Positions 49,179-58,145 are shown, counted from the first letter of the stretch. The stretch is DNA of 64,000 bases from an uncultured Acidobacteriaceae bacterium (GCA_963729355.1 CAVSNM010000001.1:227244-291243), one strand, 5' to 3'. A program made the numbers and translations. Notes: generated by a model not told the origin, from the sequence alone.

Positions 49179-50387
49179 TTAGTGTGCGCCCTCTCCGAAG
49201 AGAACCGCTGCGGGAGTGCGCAGGAGTATCTTGACGTCCATCCAAGGCGACCAAGTCGTCGCGTACTTCAGATCCAGGCGAACCATGTCGTCGAACTTAA
49301 CTCGGCTGCGGCCGTTCACCTGCCACAGGCCGGTAATTCCCGGCTTGGCCTCGAGTACCCGGCGCCGATGCCAGATGTCATAGGCCTCGACCTCATATGC
49401 AATCGGAGGACGCGGGCCCACGAGGGACATTTCGCCGTGAAGAACATGGAAGAATTGAGGGAGCTCATCGAGACTTAAACGGCGAATGATGCGTCCGACG
49501 CGAGTAATTCTGGCATCCTTCGTGAGCTTGTAAACGCATTCGCCATTTCCGTCCGGAGAAGGCTTGGGCTCGGCCTCACCTGCGATCAACTGCCTTACGT
49601 ATTCTTTGTGGACGCTAGTGTCATTGTTCACATACATGGACCTGAATTTCAGGAAAACAAAAGGAACTCCATGCTGCCCGATCCGTTTTTGTCGGAAGAA
49701 GACTGGGCCTTTGGAAGTCAGTTTTATTGCGACAGCGATAGCAAAAAATAGCGGGGAGAAAACAACAACTGCCATAACACTTCCAACCACGTCCATCACT
49801 CTTTTGATAGTCGTAAACAATTTGTTGGCGGAGTCCCGTTTGGACAGATCGGGATAAAGCGCGGGATTGCTAGGACGTTCCGGAAGTTTGTGATCCCACT
49901 CCTCAGGAAAAAGATGGAAAGAAATCGTGATGCGATCAAATTGCTCGGGTGCCAAATTCTGCTGTAAAGCCTCACACGACTTGTTCATGATCGTGCGAAG
50001 AACCAAATCCCGGTCATCTAGATTGAGTTCAGTAAACATCACACCAACTACGGAGTTCGTGCCATACCAGCCCATCACATCCGTTTCTCGAGTCGTTTGC
50101 GCTAGTGCAGAAAAGATCTTGTTCACAGCTTTTCCATTCTTTTCCGCCGCCATCCCATTGATCTCCAAAAGCATGAGCAAAAAGGGCTTCCCTGAACGCT
50201 CCGAGCGCTTTCGCTCTAGCGAGATCATCTTGTGGAGAGTTGTTTCGTCCAGAATGTTTTGGTCAACGCGCGTTCTTGCCGCGTGGCCGTTAGTTTTCGA
50301 CTCGGGTGGTTTCACGACGCCCTCTCCTGCCTCTGCGTCCGCCTTGCTGGATACAGATAAGAACGGATTTGATGCAAGCTGTGCCAT
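49179..50387 (-). CDS. Priming polyprenyl-phosphate sugar-phosphate transferase with degenerate GGDEF-like N-terminal domain
   Basis: The C-terminal 200 aa is a bacterial sugar transferase (single TM VMAVVVFSPLFFAIAVAI, ..FRQKRIG.., ..LDELPQFF.VL.GEMSLVGPRPP.., ..PGITGLWQVNGR..). The N-terminal region is described in the findings. Confidence 0.75.
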   Translation of the reverse strand: MAQLASNPFLSVSSKADAEAGEGVVKPPESKTNGHAARTRVDQNILDETTLHKMISLERKRSERSGKPFLLMLLEINGMAAEKNGKAVNKIFSALAQTTRETDVMGWYGTNSVVGVMFTELNLDDRDLVLRTIMNKSCEALQQNLAPEQFDRITISFHLFPEEWDHKLPERPSNPALYPDLSKRDSANKLFTTIKRVMDVVGSVMAVVVFSPLFFAIAVAIKLTSKGPVFFRQKRIGQHGVPFVFLKFRSMYVNNDTSVHKEYVRQLIAGEAEPKPSPDGNGECVYKLTKDARITRVGRIIRRLSLDELPQFFHVLHGEMSLVGPRPPIAYEVEAYDIWHRRRVLEAKPGITGLWQVNGRSRVKFDDMVRLDLKYATTWSPWMDVKILLRTPAAVLFGEGAH

Positions 50388-50443
50388 GGGTTTGTCCTTG
50401 AAGATCTATAAAATAAGGTTAGAAGTTTAATGTGAATCCAGCG

Positions 50444-51328
50444 TTAATCCTCGACGAGGCTTGCGGCTTTTGGCTTGCCATTCGCCGATTGGGGCGCGTA
50501 CCGCTGGTAATAATTGCTATGGTCAGTCTCGGTAGAACTATTAAGAACAACTCCTAGTAATTTCGACGGTTCCAAAAGCTCCAAGCCGCGCTTGAGTTCG
50601 CGCTTCTCGGTAACCCCTTCCCTTGCGACCAGGATTACGCCGTCCGCCATACGCATCCATACGCTCGTGTCGGCCAGGGGCAGTATTGGAGGCGAATCGA
50701 TCAAAATCCAATCAAACCAGTTGCCTAACTGGTCCATAAGTCCACCGAGGCGGCTCGACTGCATCATTTCTAAGGGGTTTTCCGGAGCGCGGCCGGCAGG
50801 CAGCAGCCAAAGATTCAGGCCCTCTAGGCGATAGATGTTAGGCACAGATTGCGACTCTCCCTGCAACCATTCGCTTAAACCCTCGACCTTGCCCAACCCG
50901 AAGCGAACCGGCAATACTGGCCTCCGCAAGTCACCTTCCAAAAGAAGCACTCTTTGTCGTTTTTTCCGGGCAAGTATGACTGCAAGGTTGGCGCAAATCA
51001 TGCTCTTGCCTTCTTCGGGGATTGTGCTGGTAATTAGCACTTTCTTGAACGCCCGAAGCTGTTGCAACTGGCGCAAGCGGACCCCGAAGAAGCGAAATTT
51101 CTCCGCCGCCAGACTCTCGGTGTCGGTCAGGCTCAGCAACTTTCCGTTCGGCAAAGGGGTAATTTTTACCGATGGAAAGTGTTCGAGATCGGTTTCAGTC
51201 TCTTGAGGTGTTGAAGGTAACGCATCCCGCTCGGCTGCGCGCAAGAGCTCCGCGGGCATCACTGACGCCTGTCCGTTGGGGGATCGCTCCGCCTCCGATT
51301 TTTGTAGCGCTTCAAATATATGGCTCAT
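50444..51328 (-). CDS. BY-kinase (CpsD/EpsG-like tyrosine autokinase)
   Basis: Walker A ..TSTIPEEGKS.., Walker A' ..VLLLEGDLRRP.., Walker B ..ILIDSPP... The tail contains a YY.RY cluster. Confidence 0.75.
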   Translation of the reverse strand: MSHIFEALQKSEAERSPNGQASVMPAELLRAAERDALPSTPQETETDLEHFPSVKITPLPNGKLLSLTDTESLAAEKFRFFGVRLRQLQQLRAFKKVLITSTIPEEGKSMICANLAVILARKKRQRVLLLEGDLRRPVLPVRFGLGKVEGLSEWLQGESQSVPNIYRLEGLNLWLLPAGRAPENPLEMMQSSRLGGLMDQLGNWFDWILIDSPPILPLADTSVWMRMADGVILVAREGVTEKRELKRGLELLEPSKLLGVVLNSSTETDHSNYYQRYAPQSANGKPKAASLVED

Positions 51329-52298
51329 GCTTGATGGCTCCAGGTGCCAAGGACAGTTCTTCCAAATCGTTCGATTGCGTAGTTTGCAGATACTCCTGCA
51401 ACTGCAACAAGGCTTTAACCGCAGCTAATGCCTTGTTTTTCTCATCCTTGGGGAGGTGTTCAGCTTGAACTACGGGATGGACAACATTTAAACGGAGGTC
51501 CGAAGCAACTTCTTCAATAATAGCAGACGATATGCTCTTCGCCTGCTTGGCGAATCCAGCGATTAGGGCGTTTTCGCAGATCGTATTGATCAGTCGCGGA
51601 ATGCCCCGTGAATGGCGATGGATCGCCGCAACGGTCTCGATTGGAAACAGAGGATGGGGTTGAGGCGCCATTCCTGCGAGCTCTAACCGTCGATGGAGGT
51701 AGCCCCGAGTCTCTTCCAGATCGAGAGGTTCAAGCCGGGACCGCAGTACGATTCTTTGTTTCAGCTGACGCAAAGCAACCGAATCCAGCTTTTCGTCAAG
51801 TTCAGGCTGCCCGACCAGCAGAATCTGCAACAATTTTTCCTGCGCCGTTTCCAGATTGGTGAGTAAACGAATTTCTTCAAGTACTTCCGCGGAGACGTGA
51901 TGCGCTTCGTCAACGACCAACACCGTTGTGAGTTTCTTTTGATATCGGGTGATCAGGTAGTTATGCAATTCCCAGAGCAGTTCGCTTTTGTTCTTTCCGG
52001 ACGCTCGCAATCCGAAATCGGCGGCGATATATTGCAAAAACTCCACCGGCGACAAAATGCTGTTGAAAACGTAGGCGTAGCTGACGTCGTTTCGATTGAG
52101 AAGTTGCAGCAGGCACCGAACTAGCAGAGTCTTGCCAGTTCCGACTTCGCCTGTCATAACCACGAAACCCTTGTGCCGGCGGACACCGTAATAAAGCGCG
52201 GCTAGGGCCTCGTTGTGTCGCCGGGTAGGAAACAAGAACGAGGGGTCCGGGCTGATCTCGAACGGATTTCGCTGAAGGTTGTAGAAAGCCTTATACAT
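51312..52298 (-). CDS. ExeA-like AAA ATPase of PEP-CTERM/EPS loci
   Basis: ..FVVMTGEVGTGKTLLVRCLL.. and ..LVVDEAH.. with ExeA/GspA-like architecture. The position between BY-kinase and PCP matches exosortase-associated loci. Confidence 0.7.
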   Translation of the reverse strand: MYKAFYNLQRNPFEISPDPSFLFPTRRHNEALAALYYGVRRHKGFVVMTGEVGTGKTLLVRCLLQLLNRNDVSYAYVFNSILSPVEFLQYIAADFGLRASGKNKSELLWELHNYLITRYQKKLTTVLVVDEAHHVSAEVLEEIRLLTNLETAQEKLLQILLVGQPELDEKLDSVALRQLKQRIVLRSRLEPLDLEETRGYLHRRLELAGMAPQPHPLFPIETVAAIHRHSRGIPRLINTICENALIAGFAKQAKSISSAIIEEVASDLRLNVVHPVVQAEHLPKDEKNKALAAVKALLQLQEYLQTTQSNDLEELSLAPGAIKHEPYI

Positions 52299-52303
52299 TC
52301 AAT

Positions 52304-53908
52304 TTATCCGCGAAAGTAGCTGAAGGCATATCCTGCCGCGATGAGCGCAAATACCAATACCGCGCTTGCCACTTCTACGCGGAGAATTCTTCGTCGACTC
52401 TTGTCTTCATCGGCAGTTATGATGTTCGGAATTTCTGAAATCACGTCCGCGCTGATCAACTCCTTCAGATCTTTTTCGCTGTAAAGTCGGTCATCCATTA
52501 ACTCGGCGCCGCCTGTGAATACGGCTCCTAGCACCAGTCCGGCAAACAGTCCGATGCCGCAAAGCTTCAGCCGATTCGGCGAATACGGGACCGTCGGCAA
52601 GCTGGGAGGATCGAGGATTTGAAAATGTTCGCCCTGCTGCCGCAACTCCATACTGGTTGCAAGCTCAGACTCGTTCTTCTTTTTTAGGAGATCGTCATAA
52701 TTCGCCTGAGATTGCTCGTACCCTCTTGTGAGTTCTGAAAGTTCCTGCTCCCGAACCGGTTCCTGATTAAGATGTGCCTGGCCGGCACCGATTTTGGTTT
52801 TCAGCTCCGCTATGGCTCTCTCCCGATTTGCTATCTCGATCTTGTTGGCTTCCAGCTGATTCTGAAGTTGCGCTATCGGGGAACCAGAGGTGAGATCAGT
52901 ATCGCCCGGGGTGGGTGGCACATCAGCCTGAGGGTGGGACGCGTTCGCCTTGAGATTTGCCTCAAGTTGTTCTTTCATCTTTTCGGTCTCTGCAATCTGT
53001 TCCTTTACCTTGCGGACATCCGGATGACGGTCCGTGTAGTGCGACTCCAGATCGGACAACTGCGCCCTCAACTTCTCCAACTTGTCGTCGAGAGCAGGAA
53101 GTCCCATCGGCGCACTATCCCCGCCCTTGGTAGATCTCTGTGATGAGCGGTATTGTTGAATTAAGGATTGCAGGTAGGAATTCTGCTGCTTGGCGCTAAA
53201 TAGTGCGTCGTCTTCCGATTGCAACTGCGACTGCAATCCTCCGAGGATTTGCAGATTGCCCTGCAACTGACCCGGCAGTTCTCCCAGGTGTTGGTCCTTG
53301 AAATCGCGGACTTTTTGTTCTTGATCGGCAAGGGTTTTGCGAGCCTCTTCCAACTGAGACTCAAGGAATTTCGTTGTTTCTTGGGATTGCTGCTGACGAA
53401 CTTCCAAGTTCTCGCTGATAAAGAGATCGGTCAGTTGCCTCGTGACTTGCTGCGCTACGTTGGGGTCGTGAGACGAGTAATAAACCTTAAAAGAGGTAAG
53501 TTGTTCCCCCGTAGTGGATTTGACTAATTCGATTTCGATGTCCTTCTGCATCCGCTCGACGAGCTGATCGGGGTTCGTACGCTGGCTCTCGGCGCTATAA
53601 AGGTTCAGCTGCTGAATAATGTGCAGCAAGCGGGTCCGGCTCAAAATCTGTTGCGTGATGCTCTGCAATCGGTCTTGCAGATTGTCGCTGACGTTGGGAG
53701 TGACGTACTGCTGCGGGACCGTCGGTTGCTCCACCAGGATCAACGTTCCAGAGCGGTAAACAGACGGCATAAGCCAACTCGCTCCCCAGACTGCAAACCA
53801 GCCCAAGAAAAGCGGGATCAGAAAAAACCAGTGGCGGCGTCGAATGATCGCCCAATATTGACGGATATTGAAAGTCTCGGAGTTTTTCTCTTCTAACTCT
53901 TCGAGCAT
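52304..53908 (-). CDS. Polysaccharide co-polymerase (Wzz/GumC-type chain-length determinant)
   Basis: N-terminal Wzz motif region (..IRQYWAIIRRRHWFFLIPLFLGW..YRSGTLILVE), a long coiled-coil periplasmic region, and a second TM near the C-terminus. Confidence 0.75.
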   Translation of the reverse strand: MLEELEEKNSETFNIRQYWAIIRRRHWFFLIPLFLGWFAVWGASWLMPSVYRSGTLILVEQPTVPQQYVTPNVSDNLQDRLQSITQQILSRTRLLHIIQQLNLYSAESQRTNPDQLVERMQKDIEIELVKSTTGEQLTSFKVYYSSHDPNVAQQVTRQLTDLFISENLEVRQQQSQETTKFLESQLEEARKTLADQEQKVRDFKDQHLGELPGQLQGNLQILGGLQSQLQSEDDALFSAKQQNSYLQSLIQQYRSSQRSTKGGDSAPMGLPALDDKLEKLRAQLSDLESHYTDRHPDVRKVKEQIAETEKMKEQLEANLKANASHPQADVPPTPGDTDLTSGSPIAQLQNQLEANKIEIANRERAIAELKTKIGAGQAHLNQEPVREQELSELTRGYEQSQANYDDLLKKKNESELATSMELRQQGEHFQILDPPSLPTVPYSPNRLKLCGIGLFAGLVLGAVFTGGAELMDDRLYSEKDLKELISADVISEIPNIITADEDKSRRRILRVEVASAVLVFALIAAGYAFSYFRG

Positions 53909-53918
53909 ACCCTGCTTC

Positions 53919-55298
53919 TCACCTTCCCAAAGGCCTTTCGAATCGGTACGAAACTGAAATAGTTACCTGACTCTGATTCGGAGCCGTATTGATCACTGGA
54001 ATATTGTTGTAGCTCTGGTGCAAGTACAGATATCCTACCGAGCCATTCCAGTGTTCTCCAAAAGCGCGTTGGACGCCCACATTCGCCGATGCCGAATTAC
54101 CATTGGACTGGCTTTGAAATGCAGGATCCAGAGCCGTATTCGACGAATAACCCGCACCAATTGATCCAGTCAGAGTGCGAGTGAGTTGCGCTCGAAATGA
54201 CGCGTTGACGCTAGTTGCAGTGACCGCTCCCGGCAATCCCCCGCCATCGGTAATTCTGCGGGAAAAGGTGGCGGCAAAGCTGGTTTGTTCACCCTGCCAA
54301 CTGACACTTCCACCGCCTGCGGGAGACCACTTCTTGATCGGTAATGTGAGGGGCCCGGACGTATCTGAATATTGCGGACCTCCGAAGGCGGAAAGCGACA
54401 AGTTGGGCTTCAAGTAGAACGTGTAGGAGCCATAGATGCTGTCTGTCTTCGTTTTCAGCTGAAGGGTCTCAGTTGTGAAGTCTTGAAAGAGATAATTCAC
54501 GCCCAAGTAGTTCCGCCCGAAACGGTGTGTGTAATAACCTCCCGCCCCGTAGCTGGTGGAGTCGTAGAGTCCTGGCGCCTGGGCTTGATTCAGGTACCGC
54601 AATATCGAAGAATTGCCGGTAACTCCCACTGTGTCATTTTTGCCGAACTGATAGCTGAGGCCGACGTTGGAGGCATTTATGAGCATGTCCGCCACCGGGG
54701 ACACAATCGCCAGGTTCGGTGACTGAATGGGGTTGGGAACCCCGGCGATGGTATTGAAAGCCAATCCGGAATAGGTAGACGTTTTCGCCAAACTGTCCGC
54801 AGCCGTGAATGTGACATGTGGGCTTAGACGATAGGCAAAGTTCAAACCCAAGCTCTGGTTTGTCTGATTGCGATCAGTCAGGTGCTGATAAAAAGTAAAA
54901 CCCGGACTATAGATTGTAGTGAACCGCAAGCGGGTTCTGGTTATGTCCAAGTCGATGAACGGGCTAATGGTGTAGAGTTCGTCGCCCATGGCGCTTCCGG
55001 TAGTGTCAATGACATCAGTGTTGTAGGCAAAACTCGCACTCGCGCCTCCGCGTAGATAGTTGGATCGTTCCATTTCCGATGTAAATGCGAGAGGAGATGC
55101 CGCGCCGGTCAATAAAGGTGGAGCAACCATGGCCTGGTCCGTCGCGGCAGGTGAGGTGTTTGCTTCATCGCTGGACGGCGCCGACTGGCCCGGGGCTGCC
55201 GAGGCTCCGCTCGATGGAGTTTGCGCGTTGGAATCCGTCTGCGCCCAGGTTCTTGCGGCCACGGTCGACAGCAGAAATATTAGAAATATTCGACTCAA
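53919..55298 (-). CDS. Outer-membrane beta-barrel protein of EPS locus (EpsL/pepcterm_hypo-like)
   Basis: Signal peptide MSRIFLIFLLSTVAARTWAQ. It shows alternating-hydrophobicity beta-strand periodicity, is rich in Tyr/Gly/Ser/Asn, and has the C-terminal ..ISVSYRFERPLGR. Confidence 0.5.
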   Translation of the reverse strand: MSRIFLIFLLSTVAARTWAQTDSNAQTPSSGASAAPGQSAPSSDEANTSPAATDQAMVAPPLLTGAASPLAFTSEMERSNYLRGGASASFAYNTDVIDTTGSAMGDELYTISPFIDLDITRTRLRFTTIYSPGFTFYQHLTDRNQTNQSLGLNFAYRLSPHVTFTAADSLAKTSTYSGLAFNTIAGVPNPIQSPNLAIVSPVADMLINASNVGLSYQFGKNDTVGVTGNSSILRYLNQAQAPGLYDSTSYGAGGYYTHRFGRNYLGVNYLFQDFTTETLQLKTKTDSIYGSYTFYLKPNLSLSAFGGPQYSDTSGPLTLPIKKWSPAGGGSVSWQGEQTSFAATFSRRITDGGGLPGAVTATSVNASFRAQLTRTLTGSIGAGYSSNTALDPAFQSQSNGNSASANVGVQRAFGEHWNGSVGYLYLHQSYNNIPVINTAPNQSQVTISVSYRFERPLGR

Positions 55299-55320
55299 GA
55301 TATTTTCTCTCGATTATTGT

Positions 55321-55959
55321 TCACGGGATCACGATGGTGTCACGAGGTTGAAGCTTGATATTCTGTGCAGCATCTTTGCCTTTAATCACTTCCTTGTAAT
55401 TAAAGGGGAGGCGGGACTGCCCTCCGTCGGGATTCTGCCGCAAGATATAGATATTTTTCTGTTTGGCAAAATCGCGGAATCCCCCTGCGAGCGCTATGGC
55501 GTCTAGCACCGTGCTCGCATTTGTTAGAGGATATGAACCCGGGCGTGCTACTTGCCCCAAAATATTGAACTTCTGACTCCTGATTTCCTGGACAATAACC
55601 GTGACTTCTGGCTCGGAAATGTAACTCTTCAGCTTGCCGGCAATGGCTATTTCTAGTTGGTGGGGAGTTTGGCCGGAAGCTTGCAGTTCGCCCGCCAACG
55701 GCAAAGAAATCATTCCGTCGGATCGTACCGGGACCGAGCGTGAGATGTCCGGCTCTTTCCAAACGTTGACCGCTAGGATATCGTCTGCGCCAATGATGAA
55801 GGTATCGTCGTGCGGTTTGGTGGCTGGGCTTGCGCTCGACGTTGCGGTCGACTGCGTCGGTGCGGGCCCGTTGTTTGGATTTGCCGCACCCGCTTGCGCG
55901 GCCAAACCTCCTGCGAGCGTCAAGACCGTCGCCATTAAAACTGTTGCTTTCTTATGCAT
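55321..55959 (-). CDS. OPX polysaccharide export protein (Wza-like, Poly_export + SLBB)
   Basis: Signal peptide, then ..FIIGADDILAVNVWKEPDISRSVPVRSDGMISLPLAGELQASGQTPHQLE..I...L..Y...P.V.V.V.......F.ILGQV.RPGSYPL. Confidence 0.8.
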   Translation of the reverse strand: MHKKATVLMATVLTLAGGLAAQAGAANPNNGPAPTQSTATSSASPATKPHDDTFIIGADDILAVNVWKEPDISRSVPVRSDGMISLPLAGELQASGQTPHQLEIAIAGKLKSYISEPEVTVIVQEIRSQKFNILGQVARPGSYPLTNASTVLDAIALAGGFRDFAKQKNIYILRQNPDGGQSRLPFNYKEVIKGKDAAQNIKLQPRDTIVIP

Positions 55960-55994
55960 TTCTATCCTTGCTCCATTGCCTTGTTCTCTAGTCG

Positions 55995-57491
55995 TCAGTG
56001 CCCGTTGCTTTTTACTCCCTGCCCGGGAAAAACCTCAGAGAGATAGTTGGGTGGCGGCGTCAAATGGTACTGCTGAATCTTGTAAAGCAATGTTCGATAA
56101 CTCACCTGTAAGACTCGCGATGCCGCCTTGCGGTTCCAGTGGGTCTGTTCCAAAGCGGTAGCGATAGCATTTCGCTCTGCTTCGCCTTTTATAGTCTGAA
56201 CGAGAGACTTGAGCCCGAAGGTGAACTCTTCTGGTTCCGCGGACTGGGTGGCAGGTTCTGGCACCAATGCCAAAGTGACAGCACCGGAATGCGCCTCGGC
56301 CACGACTTCCGACTTTCGCGCTAGCTCAGTTAATGCCAATTCCTCGTCCCCGACTACTAGAAAACGCTTAACGAAGTTTTCCAACTCTTTGAGATTCCCT
56401 GGCCATCCATAACGTTCGCATGCCTGCAACACTGGCGGCGAAAAAGTTCTTGCCGGCAGGTCGTAGTGACGGGACAATTGATTCATTAAGTGTCCTAGAA
56501 GCAAAGACACGTCCTCTTTCCGCTGCTTCAACGGGGGGACATAGACGCTGAAAGCACTGAGCCGAAAATAAAGATCTTCCCTCAGCTTTCCTTCCGCCAA
56601 GGCCTGTTCGACATTGGCTTGCGTAGCAGCCAGGATACGAAAATCGGCTTTGACTCGAGTGTCTCCGCCTACACGCGAAAAAGCCTTGTCCTGGAGCAAG
56701 CGGACCAACTTCTCCTGCAATCTTAAGGGCAACTCCGTGATCTCATCAAAATAGACAGTTCCCTTTTCGCAAATGTCCAACTTCCCCGGAACACTCCGCG
56801 AGACGCCTGAGACAACCGCGCGATCCTTGCCAAACAGCTCAGTCTCCAAAAGATCCGCCGGTAAAGCCGAACAATTCACTTTCAGAAATTGAAAGCCGGA
56901 ACGCACCGAGAGTTTGTGAATCAGTCGTGCGGCAATATGTTTGCCGCTATTTTGTTGCCCCACTATTAGCAAGGGAGCGTCGATCTGCGCCAATAATTCC
57001 GCCTGCGCTCTAAGTTCACGCATGGCGGGACTGGCGGAAACAAAGAACATGTCGTCTGCAACTTGCTCGATGCTCTCGCTTGAAATCTCGAACCTCGCAC
57101 CCCTCCCTGGTGAATCAATGTGCCTATCGATTACGGCTTGCAAATCCGCTTCCCGAAGAGGCTTAACCAGGTAATCTTTTGCGCCCAACCGGAGCGCCTC
57201 CATCCTTTGGAGTGGGTCTTCGGACTGTGAAAGCAGCAGAATTGGAATATCTGGACGAACCCGGCGCAGCCATCGCAGAGTATGCAAACCGTCCGCGGCA
57301 TTTTCTCCGAGGTCGAGCAGGATAAGATCGGGGCCGTCGTGGGACTGAACTCTCTCTAAGGCTTGCCAACCGCTATCGGCAACTTCTAGTTGCCACGGAC
57401 TATCGAGTCCGATGGTCCATCGCGGAAACAGGGCGGAAGGGTCCCTGCTGACAAGCAAGACTAATGCGGGAGTCATAGTTTCGGTTAACAT
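55995..57491 (-). CDS. Receiver + AAA+ (sigma-54 EBP family) + Fis-HTH response regulator, PrsR-like by context, atypical motifs
   Basis: Receiver (..LILLDLGE..., ..KDYLVKP..). AAA+ core (..GQQNSGKH.., ..TVYFDEI.., ..RVGG.., ..RILAAT.., ..REDLYFRL..). C-terminal HTH (..NRKAASRVLQVSYRTLLYKIQ..). The GAFTGA loop is replaced by AVVSGV. Confidence 0.75.
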   Translation of the reverse strand: MLTETMTPALVLLVSRDPSALFPRWTIGLDSPWQLEVADSGWQALERVQSHDGPDLILLDLGENAADGLHTLRWLRRVRPDIPILLLSQSEDPLQRMEALRLGAKDYLVKPLREADLQAVIDRHIDSPGRGARFEISSESIEQVADDMFFVSASPAMRELRAQAELLAQIDAPLLIVGQQNSGKHIAARLIHKLSVRSGFQFLKVNCSALPADLLETELFGKDRAVVSGVSRSVPGKLDICEKGTVYFDEITELPLRLQEKLVRLLQDKAFSRVGGDTRVKADFRILAATQANVEQALAEGKLREDLYFRLSAFSVYVPPLKQRKEDVSLLLGHLMNQLSRHYDLPARTFSPPVLQACERYGWPGNLKELENFVKRFLVVGDEELALTELARKSEVVAEAHSGAVTLALVPEPATQSAEPEEFTFGLKSLVQTIKGEAERNAIATALEQTHWNRKAASRVLQVSYRTLLYKIQQYHLTPPPNYLSEVFPGQGVKSNGH

Positions 57492-57972
57492 CGCAATTCC
57501 TCTGGGGTTAGGAACACTTTAGGAAGGAAAAACAAAAGCGATTCGGATAGCAACTTGTTGACACGTTGGCGTAGCTTCGCCCCCTCAGTCACAATTGACA
57601 ATTCATCCGGTTGTCTTGCGCGGTATTTCTTTGATGCAAAGCTACTCGGCGCGTTAGCTCATATGCGCCTGGGGGTAAGCAGCACACTGGGTCTGGGGAA
57701 ACCCCGCTAACCATGAGTACCGTATCAGGCGTTGCAAGTCACTGCAAGAGGTGTTAGCTCTCTAGGGTAATAATCCTCTCTGGAAAACATCTGCGTCGCT
57801 CCAATGAGAGCTATTGGCTAGAGAACAATTACTCTATCCAGGGCATTTGACTTAGCCGCAGTGACTACGGTAACTCAATCCCATACCTAACACATTTTCT
57901 CTAACTGCCTACATAATAGACACTTAACCTAAAGTAATCTCCTTGATCCAACTCTGCTAATTCGCCGGGGCT

Positions 57973-58069
57973 TAAGGCACTTCGGGAAGTGCAAATAGTT
58001 TCACATTCAACTTGCCGCTCTGCTGTACAATTTCTATGTAATTATCGCGTCCCCTCGAGAAGTGCCTTA
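57973..58069 (+). promoter_or_regulatory. Candidate operator/promoter region of the LuxR-type gene: three GCACTTC/GAAGTGC half-sites around a TACAAT box
   Basis: TAAGGCACTTC (57973-57983) is the perfect reverse complement of GAAGTGCCTTA (58059-58069). GCACTTC-gg-GAAGTGC forms a local palindrome at 57977-57992. A TACAAT hexamer at 58026-58031 lies between them, 115 nt upstream of the ATG. Confidence 0.35.
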
Positions 58070-58145
58070 TACTCCCCTTCATTAGAGGTATTAGTTTCAA
58101 CCCGGCTTGGGCGGGTGAGTTGTTCTTCAGTTCGCCGGAGAATTT

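Noticed and set aside
55995-56100. A GGCAG...AAGCA string on the minus strand near the 3' end of the EBP gene, considered as an internal -24/-12 promoter for the export genes.
   Set aside because: The spacing is three nucleotides too long and the -12 element is poor.
57976-57993. Possible sigma-54 promoter (GGCAC ... TGCA) upstream of the LuxR-type gene.
   Set aside because: The spacing between the GG and GC dinucleotides is 14 nt, not the 11 nt of TGGCAC-N5-TTGC. The sequence is better explained as the palindrome GCACTTC-gg-GAAGTGC.
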